DNA of 64,000 bases, taken from NCBI GenBank assembly GCA_963729605.1, contig CAVSNY010000007.1, positions 384,001-448,000 of the forward strand, written 5' to 3'. The stretch's first letter is position 1. Every line of letters begins with the position of its first letter. Positions 28,186-35,755 of this stretch are shown piece after piece. The translations under genes and the position numbers were made by a program. The notes below the pieces were generated by a model. It was not told where the DNA came from. It did no database searches and saw nothing but the letters and a program-made list of their open reading frames with translations. Source of the stretch: an uncultured Gammaproteobacteria bacterium (GTDB lineage: Bacteria; Pseudomonadota; Gammaproteobacteria; DRLM01).

Positions 28186-28477
28186 ACGTCTAATACGGCA
28201 GATCATCCACCAAGCTGCTCGATCAGGTGCGGGCGAAGATTCGACTCAAGCACTACAGTATTCGCACGGAGCAGGCCTATGTGGATTAAATCAGGCGGTA
28301 CATTTTGTTTCACGGCAAGCGCCATCCTAATCTTATGGGTGGCGCCGAAGCGGTTGCCGGTGGTTTTGACGCGGGAGGAGGTGCACGCGGTGCTCTCGCG
28401 CCTCACCAGCGTTTACTGGTTGATGGGCAGCCTTCTGTCCGGAGCCGGACTGGGGTTGATGGAATACGTGTTCAAGC
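28186..28477 (+). pseudogene. intI: integron integrase pseudogene
   Basis: [38 protein letters not shown], then a frameshift to PKRLPVVLTREEV...LLSGAGLGLME; ATG>ACG, stop codon, internal deletion, 3' truncation. Confidence 0.92.
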
Positions 28478-28484
28478 TATTTAT

Positions 28485-28522
28485 CCCCTCAGCCCCCCCT
28501 CTCCCTGGGGGAGAGGGGTAAG
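28485..28522. repeat. CCCTCTCCC/GGGAGAGGG palindromic repeat at intI truncation point
   Basis: CCCCTCTCCC-TGG-GGGAGAGGGG; similar to the 35222-35560 units. Confidence 0.6.
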
Positions 28523-28625
28523 CGATCGACGGGCGGCCCCGATCGGTAACTTCTACTTTCTCGGTGGCTGCTCCGAGGCTATCATTGCGGCCTTGGATTC
28601 CACTGTTAATCGAAGAGCAATTCCC

Positions 28626-29873
28626 ATGGACCATTTCAATTATCGTGACGGCCGGCTCTGCGCCGAAGACGTCCCCTTGACCGACATCGCCGCGCGTCAC
28701 GGCACGCCCTGTTATGTGTATTCACGCGCCACCATCGAGCGCCACTGGCGGGCCTTCGATGCGGCGCTGGCGGGGGTCGAGCATCTGGTGTGTTATGCGG
28801 TGAAGGCCAATTCCAATCTCGGCGTGTTGAATGTGCTGGCGCGGCTGGGCTCGGGTTTCGACATCGTCTCCGTCGGCGAATTGGAGCGGGTGCTGCGCGC
28901 GGGGGGCGATCCCGACAAGATCGTGTTTTCCGGCGTGGGTAAACGCGCCGATGAATTGCGCCGCGCGCTGGAGGTGGGCATTCACTGTTTTAACGTGGAG
29001 TCCGAGGCGGAGCTGGCGCGTTTGAATGACGTGGCCGGCGAAGTGGGGCGTCGCGCGCCGGTGTCGCTGCGGGTGAATCCCGACGTGGACGCCAAGACCC
29101 ATCCCTATATTTCCACCGGGCTCAAGGAAAACAAATTCGGCGTCGACATCGCGGCGGCCCCGGGCATTTACGCCCGCGCCGCGCGCATGCCGCATATCGA
29201 GATCGTCGGCGTGGATTGTCACATCGGTTCGCAGTTGACCGAGGTGACGCCGTTCGTCGCGGCCTTGGAGCGGGTGTTGAGTCTGGTGGACGCGCTGGCG
29301 GCGCAAGGGATTACGATCAAGCATCTCGACATCGGCGGCGGCTTGGGCATCACTTATCGCGACGAGGCGCCGCCCAGTCCGGAAACCTACGCGAGCGCCT
29401 TGTTGCAACGTCTGCGCGGGCGCGGATTGAAGGTGTTGATGGAGCCGGGCCGCGCCATCGTCGGCAACGCCGGCGTGCTGCTGACCAAGGTGGAATATCT
29501 CAAGCCGACCGCGCACAAGAATTTCGCCATCGTCGACGCGGCGATGAACGATTTGCTGCGTCCCGCTTTGTACGGCGCATGGCAGGACATCGTGCCGGTG
29601 GTGCCGCGCGCCGGCGAAGCCGTGCACTATGACGTGGTGGGCCCGGTGTGCGAGACCGGCGATTTTCTCGGCAAGGATCGCGCGCTGTGCATTGAGACTG
29701 GCGATCTATTGGCGATCCGGTCGGCCGGTGCTTACGGTTTCAGCATGAGTTCGCAATACAACTCGCGGCCGCGCGCCGCCGAGCTGATGGTGGACGGCGA
29801 CCGGGTCTCGGTGGTGCGGGCGCGCGAGACGCTCGATGAATTGATGGCGGGGGAGTGTGTGCTGCCTCCATGA
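28626..29873 (+). CDS. lysA: diaminopimelate decarboxylase
   Basis: YAVKANSN, HIGSQ, EPGR, GPVCETGD, YNSRPR. Confidence 0.96.
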   Translation: MDHFNYRDGRLCAEDVPLTDIAARHGTPCYVYSRATIERHWRAFDAALAGVEHLVCYAVKANSNLGVLNVLARLGSGFDIVSVGELERVLRAGGDPDKIVFSGVGKRADELRRALEVGIHCFNVESEAELARLNDVAGEVGRRAPVSLRVNPDVDAKTHPYISTGLKENKFGVDIAAAPGIYARAARMPHIEIVGVDCHIGSQLTEVTPFVAALERVLSLVDALAAQGITIKHLDIGGGLGITYRDEAPPSPETYASALLQRLRGRGLKVLMEPGRAIVGNAGVLLTKVEYLKPTAHKNFAIVDAAMNDLLRPALYGAWQDIVPVVPRAGEAVHYDVVGPVCETGDFLGKDRALCIETGDLLAIRSAGAYGFSMSSQYNSRPRAAELMVDGDRVSVVRARETLDELMAGECVLPP

Positions 29874-29902
29874 GCTGACGCGCCTATCGAATGCGGCAGC
29901 GT

Positions 29903-30168
29903 CACCACCCCGCCCCTGCGGGGCACCCCTCCTCGAAGAGGAGGGGAGGGACGCATAGCGCTGCTGCCGCGATCTCTGCGAATACGTCGCCCGCCACCCG
30001 GCCCTCGAAGAGAAGGGGAGGGACGCATATCGCTGCTGCGGAGATGGAAGGAATTCATGTCGTGTTTTTGGAAAGGAGGGCATTTATCTCGCCGCAGAGG
30101 CAGGGAAGCATTTATTTTTCCTCTTTTTAAGGAGAGGCAGGGTAGCATCCATTCCCCTTCTTATTTAA
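29903..30168. repeat. cluster of CCCCTCCT-N-AGGAGGGG palindromic repeats (left part)
   Basis: Several degenerate palindromes; array continues at 32179-32355 after the IS. Confidence 0.7.
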
Positions 30169-30205
30169 GGCGATATTATACATTGCGTACCCAAAGAGGT
30201 AGGAT

Positions 30206-31006
30206 ATGAAGCCTACTAACCTTTGGAGCCTATGGGACATGCTTACCATTAAGGCGCATGAATTTATTGAGATTGGGAAAGAAATGCGTTCATTAGCATA
30301 TCTTCTCGGAATGATTTCCGAGGATATGCCTAGGACTGATGAGGAAAGTGATTTAATCAGAGACGGTTTAGAAAGGTTAAAGGGGCATTGTGGAATTCTA
30401 GAATTGAAGATTTCTGCCGAATTGCTCCAAAAAGCGATTCGGACTTTACCAGAGACGAAGAAGGAATTAGAAATTTATCTTGATGCGGTAAAGAGCGAAT
30501 TAAGGACGCAATTATTTTTCTTCGTGCCGTCACACAGGGCACGGTATTACGAGACAAACTTTGCAATGAGGGATGAGACGCTAAGGGCGTTCCCATTTGC
30601 ATCGAGCGAGACCGTGAGGGCTGCGACTTGCTATTCGCTTGGGGAGTATACGGCATGCGTGTTTCATTCGATGAGAGCGGCAGAATTGGGCCTGAAGGCG
30701 GTTGTCAGGGGATTGCCGAACTGGAGGAAAAAACTAAAAAAACATATAGATTTTGCTGAATGGAAAGGCTTGATTGACGCAATTGATAAGCATATTAAAG
30801 CCCTTGCTCAAAAGCCAAGGACCAAGAAACGGGAGACCGATCAACAATTCTATGGCGATGTTCACAGCCAATTCGTGAATTTTAAGGATGCCTTTAGAAA
30901 TCACATATCCCATTCCAGGGTAACTTATTCAGAGGAGCAGGCTATCAGCATATTTCATCGGTCACGCGAATTCTTGGATATCTTATCCACGCGAATTTCG
31001 GAATGA
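30206..31006 (+). CDS. IS passenger protein with HEPN-type RxxxxH motif
   Basis: Low GC; GAGG RBS; ACVFHSMRAAELGL and FKDAFRNHISH. Confidence 0.75.
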   Translation: MKPTNLWSLWDMLTIKAHEFIEIGKEMRSLAYLLGMISEDMPRTDEESDLIRDGLERLKGHCGILELKISAELLQKAIRTLPETKKELEIYLDAVKSELRTQLFFFVPSHRARYYETNFAMRDETLRAFPFASSETVRAATCYSLGEYTACVFHSMRAAELGLKAVVRGLPNWRKKLKKHIDFAEWKGLIDAIDKHIKALAQKPRTKKRETDQQFYGDVHSQFVNFKDAFRNHISHSRVTYSEEQAISIFHRSREFLDILSTRISE

Positions 31007-31140
31007 CGTTTCACTGAAGCTTTTTTAAGAGCATCCTCAAATGGCTTATCGCTTTCATCCACGCCAAGACTTCGAGCAGTCTCAACGAACCGCTGAGACT
31101 GCTCTTTGTCGTCAGGTTTTGGCTTTGGCTTTTTTGGCAT
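30955..31140 (-). CDS. small charged protein downstream of IS1595 transposase
   Basis: MPKKPKPKPDDKEQSQRFVETARSLGVDE; GGAG RBS. Confidence 0.6.
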   Translation of the reverse strand: MPKKPKPKPDDKEQSQRFVETARSLGVDESDKPFEDALKKASVKRHSEIRVDKISKNSRDR

Positions 31141-31169
31141 GTTTCCTCCGTTTGCGCCAAGGCTCCTCG

Positions 31170-32108
31170 CTAACAAGCTGTTTGATATGTAAGCCGCTTG
31201 CCAGCCACGCCCTTGAGCAGGATTTCGGCGCGCTCACCATCCTCAATGCCCAGGGCCTTGCGGTTGCTGTAGCGGAAATCGAACTCCGCCATGTAGCGGT
31301 TCAGATGGTTGTGGCCGCAATGCTGATAGACGCCCTTCATGCCGCGCTTGAAGATCGAGAAGAACCCTTCGATGGTGTTGGTATGGAGGGTACGGTCAGC
31401 GGCGGAAACGTACTCGCCCTGCATGTGGCGCACTACGCGATGCTCGGCGAAGTCCTCGTTCAGCTTGCGGTATTGGCCGGCGTCATCGGTCACCAGACTG
31501 GCTTCCTTGGCAATGTTCTCTTGCAGGATAGGCAGCAAGGTCTTGGCTTGAAGATCGTCAACCACAAGGCTCTTGGCGCGGCCGGTGGTGCGATCCACCA
31601 GGGACAGAACCTTGTTCTTATGCTTGAAGCCACGGCCCTTCTTAATGCCCTTCGGCTTAATGGCCTTATCATGGCCGATGAAGGTCTCATCCACCTCCAC
31701 CACTCCGCCGCCCTGGCCGAACGGCGCGAACTCGCCCTCGCGCATGGCTTCGCGGATACGGTGGCCCATGAACCAAGCGGTCTTGAGGGTCACGCCAAGG
31801 GTGCGGTGAAGCTGATTGGCGCTGATGCCCTTCTTGCTGCAGGCGATAAGGAAGATAGCCTGAAGCCAGAGGCGCAGCGCAACGTGGCTGGCTTCGAAGA
31901 TGGTCCCAACCTTCACGGTGAAGGGCTTGCGGCAGTCGTAGCATTTGTAGGCGCCTATGCGGGTGGTTTTGCCGCCCATCTTGCCTATACGCTCCACGCC
32001 GCCGCAATGCGGGCATACCGGACCCTTGGGCCAGAGGCGGGATTCGACGAACTCGTAAGCCGCTTCTTCGTTGTGAAAGTAAGGGGCGGAAAGGATGGAT
32101 GCGGCCAT
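31170..32108 (-). CDS. IS1595-family DDE transposase
   Basis: Zn ribbon CPHC...CYDC, VEVDETFIG, TDD, HTNTIEGFF, EFDFRY. Confidence 0.95.
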   Translation of the reverse strand: MAASILSAPYFHNEEAAYEFVESRLWPKGPVCPHCGGVERIGKMGGKTTRIGAYKCYDCRKPFTVKVGTIFEASHVALRLWLQAIFLIACSKKGISANQLHRTLGVTLKTAWFMGHRIREAMREGEFAPFGQGGGVVEVDETFIGHDKAIKPKGIKKGRGFKHKNKVLSLVDRTTGRAKSLVVDDLQAKTLLPILQENIAKEASLVTDDAGQYRKLNEDFAEHRVVRHMQGEYVSAADRTLHTNTIEGFFSIFKRGMKGVYQHCGHNHLNRYMAEFDFRYSNRKALGIEDGERAEILLKGVAGKRLTYQTAC

Positions 32109-32178
32109 GACTCTGTTCTCCGTTAGCTATGGGAACAGTCTATCCCTTCCGTTTGGGTACGTCAAGTATAATATCGCG

Positions 32179-32355
32179 TTATTTAAGGAGAGGTAGGAGC
32201 ATCTATTTCCCCTCCTTTTTTAAGGAGGGGTGGTGCGCAGCGCCGGGGTGGTTGGATCGCGGCAGGAGCATCAAGGAGGGGTAGGGCAGCATCCATTCCC
32301 CTCCTTTTTAAGGAGGGGTGGCGCGCAGCGCCGGGGTGGTTGGATCGCGGCGGAG
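32179..32355. repeat. palindromic repeat cluster (right part)
   Basis: Two copies of CCCCTCCTTTTT(T)AAGGAGGGGTGGYGCGCAGCGCCGGGGTGGTTGGATCGCGGC. Confidence 0.8.
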
Positions 32356-32406
32356 ATTCAGTTAACACAACACAGTGAGTGTGCTCGTTAAGCGCGGGGA
32401 ATAACG

Positions 32407-33072
32407 ATGGAGCGTGAGCCAGAACCCGAATTGATGGACGACGCCGAACAGGCCGCGGCCTACGCCCACGCCGATTTCGAGGAGCCTCATGCCCGTTTCA
32501 TTCAGCTTTTCCGCGAGACCTTTGCCGGCGAGGAAATCGTCGGCACGGTGCTGGACTTGGGTTGCGGTCCCGCCGATATCGCGCTGCGTTTCGCCCAGGC
32601 TTATCCGCGGTGCGCGGTCCAGGGTGTGGACGGCGCAGCGGCCATGCTCGAACACGGCGGGACCCGTTTGCAACAAGCGGGTTTGACGGCGCGCGTTCAA
32701 CTCATCCACGCCTATCTGCCGGACGCGTCCCTCCCGCTCGCGGCGTATGACGCCATCATCAGCAACAGCCTGCTGCATCATCTGCGCGACCCCGTGGTGT
32801 TGTGGCGAACCATCAGGCGATACGCCAAAGCCGGCGCGCCGATTTTCGTGATGGATTTGTTGCGTCCGGCGAGCCGCGCGGCGGCGCAAGCCTTGGTGAA
32901 TAATTACGCCGCGGATGAGCCGCCGATACTCCGCCATGATTTTTTCCATTCTTTGCTGGCCGCTTACCGCCTCGAGGAAGTGATCGCGCAATTACGCGGC
33001 GCCGGTCTTGGGCATTTGCAGGTCGAGCAGGTTTCGGATCGTCATATTCTGGTGCACGGCAGAATGGTTTGA
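32407..33072 (+). CDS. class I SAM-dependent methyltransferase
   Basis: REPEPELMD, VLDLGCGPAD, SNSLLHH. Confidence 0.9.
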   Translation: MEREPEPELMDDAEQAAAYAHADFEEPHARFIQLFRETFAGEEIVGTVLDLGCGPADIALRFAQAYPRCAVQGVDGAAAMLEHGGTRLQQAGLTARVQLIHAYLPDASLPLAAYDAIISNSLLHHLRDPVVLWRTIRRYAKAGAPIFVMDLLRPASRAAAQALVNNYAADEPPILRHDFFHSLLAAYRLEEVIAQLRGAGLGHLQVEQVSDRHILVHGRMV

Positions 33073-33338
33073 GGCCGCGGCGCGGCCGTGTGAAGTTTCC
33101 GGCGCGGATGGATGCCGTGGTCAGCATGCGCCTGGTGGCGAAGCTGAAAGCGCTGGGCATGGACAATGTGTTGATCGTGGCCGACGCGCCGTGGCGAGAT
33201 GAATCATGTCTTCTCATTCATCCATTCCTGTATAATTCGCCGCGGTCACCGGTCCCCTGATATTTTGAGTAGGCCGGGCGCCGTTGATCTTTTTTCGGAG
33301 CATAAGCCGGTGATGGTTCTCGCGGGCGGGAGTGGGGC

Positions 33339-34286
33339 ATGCTGAAGGCATTTCGATTTCAAAATCGGCGATTGGAGCAGATTCAAACGGTGGAGTCGGA
33401 CGAATTGTCCGAAGATGCCGTATGGGTCGACATCGTCGAGCCGACCGATGAGACCCGCGTCAATATCAAACAGGTGTACGGCGTTAACCTGCCCGATTCC
33501 GAAGACATGAAGGAGATCGAGGCCACTGCGCGTTTCTTCAAGGACGAGGACGGCCTGCATATCCACTCGTTTTTCCTCGACGATTTTGAAGAGACGCCGG
33601 CCAACGTGACGGTCGCCTTCATCTTGAAGGACGATCGTTTGTTCACCATCCATGAGCAGGAACTAGCGACCATCCGCTTGTTCAGGCTGCGGGCGCGCCG
33701 CCAGCCGGATCTGGTGAGCGACGCCATGTCGATACTGCTGACTTTGTTCGAGACCAAGGTCGATAGGCTCGCGGATATTCTCGAGTCGGTGTATACCAGT
33801 TTGGAATCGGCGAGCCAGAAGGTGCTGCGTCAGAACGACAAGGATCTCGATCTGCTGCTGGCGGATATCGCCAAACATGAGGATATCAGCGGCAAGGCCC
33901 GCCTCAGTCTGCTGGATACTCAGCGTGCCTTGTCGTTCGTGCTGCGCAACGCGAAATTGGACGGGCCGCAGGTGGAGCAGATCCGCGATGTGATGCGCGA
34001 CATCGATTCCCTGCTGCCGCACACCTCTTTTTTGTTCGACAAGGTGAACTTTCTGATGGACGCCATTCAGGGTTTCATCAACATCGAGCAAAGCAAGATC
34101 ACCAAGAGTTTCTCGATCGCCGCCGTGGTGTTCATGCCGCCGATGCTGCTCGCCAGCATCTACGGCATGAACTTCCACGTTATGCCCGAGCTGAGTTGGA
34201 GTTTCGGTTATCCCCTCGCCATCGCGTTGATGATTCTCGGCGGCCTCACTCCCTACTGGTATTTCAAGCGCCGCCGCTGGTTGTAA
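33339..34286 (+). CDS. corA: magnesium/cobalt transporter CorA
   Basis: EIEATARFF, YGMNF, MPEL. Confidence 0.95.
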   Translation: MLKAFRFQNRRLEQIQTVESDELSEDAVWVDIVEPTDETRVNIKQVYGVNLPDSEDMKEIEATARFFKDEDGLHIHSFFLDDFEETPANVTVAFILKDDRLFTIHEQELATIRLFRLRARRQPDLVSDAMSILLTLFETKVDRLADILESVYTSLESASQKVLRQNDKDLDLLLADIAKHEDISGKARLSLLDTQRALSFVLRNAKLDGPQVEQIRDVMRDIDSLLPHTSFLFDKVNFLMDAIQGFINIEQSKITKSFSIAAVVFMPPMLLASIYGMNFHVMPELSWSFGYPLAIALMILGGLTPYWYFKRRRWL

Positions 34287-34312
34287 ACGGCGCCGTATTT
34301 AAAATTCTCTTC

Positions 34313-34434
34313 CCGGCGAGGAGATCGGCGGTACGGTGCTGGATTTGGGTTGCGGTCCCGCCGATATCGCGCTGCGTTTCGCCCAGGCTTATCCGCGCTG
34401 CGCGGTGCAAGGCGTGGACGGCGCAGCGGTCATG
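34313..34434 (+). pseudogene. 122-bp duplicate fragment of the upstream methyltransferase gene
   Basis: Colinear with 32525-32646 (VLDLGCGPADIALRFAQAYPRCAVQGVDG). Confidence 0.85.
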
Positions 34435-34514
34435 TTTGTGATTTATCCCCTCCTTTTCATAAGGAGGGGTGGCCCGTAGGGTCGGGGCGGTTTTGTTTTT
34501 CGCTGAAGGAGCCA

Positions 34515-34610
34515 GTTCGCTTTACTCCATTTTCAATGGCTGGCCGCGTTGAAAAAAACGGCGGTGCATCGGCGCCACGCGGAAAACCGCTGAATAAAAT
34601 CAGGGGTGGC
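34515..34610 (+). mobile_element. partial IS5-like MITE
   Basis: Similar to one half of 35602-35751 (reverse complement) and of 56363-56511; followed by TTAA. Confidence 0.5.
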
Positions 34611-34661
34611 TTAATTGATGCCCTTCTTCCGGCAAAAACGGCGGCGGCATTGAATGACGAT

Positions 34662-35126
34662 TCACGTGGCGCCGGCGAAGGAGAGTTGCCGCCAGCCCTC
34701 GTAAAGAATGACCGCCACCGCGTTGGAGAGGTTGAGGCTGCGGTTGTTGGGCAGCATGGGGATGCGCAGCCGTTGTCCTGCGGGGACGGTGTCGAGCAGT
34801 TCGTCGGGCAGGCCGCGGGTCTCGGGTCCGAAGATCAAGGCGTCGCCCGCCTGGTATCGGACATCGCTGTAACGGGTGCGGCCGCGGGTGGAGCAGGTGA
34901 ACAGCCGCGGCGGCTGGACGGCGAGAATGAAGTCGGCGAAGTGTTCGTGGGTCCGGACCCGGGCGTATTCGTGATAATCCAAACCCGCGCGGCGCAGACG
35001 CGCGTCGTCCAGTTCGAAGCCCAGTGGCCGGATCAGATGCAGCGCGGCGCCGCTGTTGGCGCACAGGCGGATGACGTTGCCGGTGTTGGGCGGAATTTCC
35101 GGTTGATAAAGCACGATGTGAAACAT
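34662..35126 (-). CDS. trmL: tRNA (cytidine(34)-2'-O)-methyltransferase
   Basis: PEIPPNTGNVIRLCAN, RRAGLDY, FGPETRGLP, RSLNLSN. Confidence 0.95.
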   Translation of the reverse strand: MFHIVLYQPEIPPNTGNVIRLCANSGAALHLIRPLGFELDDARLRRAGLDYHEYARVRTHEHFADFILAVQPPRLFTCSTRGRTRYSDVRYQAGDALIFGPETRGLPDELLDTVPAGQRLRIPMLPNNRSLNLSNAVAVILYEGWRQLSFAGAT

Positions 35127-35221
35127 GGGCGCATTTTACTACGGCGGGCGAGGGGTGTGCGGAGTAAAGTGAGGTATAAGGAGGAAAGCGTTCTTGCGGA
35201 GTGATGACGGTCATTCGGGCG

Positions 35222-35560
35222 CCCTCACGCCCGCCCTCTCCCGCCCGCGGGAGAGGGGGCAGCCGGTGCGCCGCATAAACTTCATCCCGGTTCACTCTCT
35301 CCCGTCCGCGGGAGAGAGTGGACGCATGTTTCTCTACCTGCGCCAGCGCCTGGCTTCTCTCCCGCTCGCGGGAGAGAGGGGTGGTGTTAGAGTTGGAATG
35401 GCGCATAAACGAGTTCGCTCACCCGCCCGCGGGAGAGGGGGCAGCCGGTGCACCGCATGAACTTCATCCCGGTCCACTCTCTCCTGTCCGCGGGAGAGAG
35501 GGTTGGTGCTAGAGTTGGAACGGCGCATAAACGAGTTCTCCCGCCGGTGGGAGAGAAGGT
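35222..35560. repeat. tandem array of about 6 palindromic CTCTCCCG-N-CGGGAGAG units
   Basis: Units separated by linkers that are themselves reiterated. Confidence 0.8.
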
Positions 35561-35601
35561 TGGGAATGACGCGTCTATTGCAATTTTAAGATAGGTTCTG
35601 A

Positions 35602-35751
35602 GGAGCCACTGAATAAATCAGAGATTTTTTGCGGTGCACGCAGGCGCCGCCATTTCAATCGCGATTCGCTTTTGAAAATGAAGGAAAGCGAAAACCACAT
35701 TTTTGCTTTCCTTGCGTTGAGAATTCGACGATGGAATTATTTAGCGCTTCC
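35602..35751 (-). mobile_element. IS5-like MITE
   Basis: GGAGCCACTGAATAA...TTATTTAGCGCTTCC, flanks CTGA/CTAA. Confidence 0.7.
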
Positions 35752-35755
35752 CTAA

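Larger units (their letters stand above)
30169..32178 (-). mobile_element. IS1595-family insertion sequence with passenger gene (2010 bp)
   Basis: Terminal IRs GGCGATATTATACATTGCGTACCC / GGGTACGTCAAGTATAATATCGCG; 8-bp TSD TTATTTAA at 30161-30168 and 32179-32186. Confidence 0.95.

Noticed and set aside
28550-28625. LGGC lipobox-like peptide upstream of lysA, possible lptM remnant
   Set aside because: No start codon, signal peptide or CGxKGPLYLP motif; likely coincidence.
28305-29873. Apparent 522-aa IntI-LysA fusion ORF (starts FHGKRHP)
   Set aside because: Chance read-through from the intI pseudogene and a palindromic repeat; real lysA starts at 28626 and the linker is nonsense sequence.
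31041-32126. 361-aa plus-strand ORF inside the IS
   Set aside because: Antisense shadow of the IS1595 transposase with no independent motifs.
29903-32355. Possible CRISPR array around the IS
   Set aside because: Units are degenerate intergenic palindromes in mixed orientation with related linkers.
35222-35560. Possible CRISPR array
   Set aside because: Repeats are degenerate, spacers vary in length and are duplicated, and there is no cas gene or leader.
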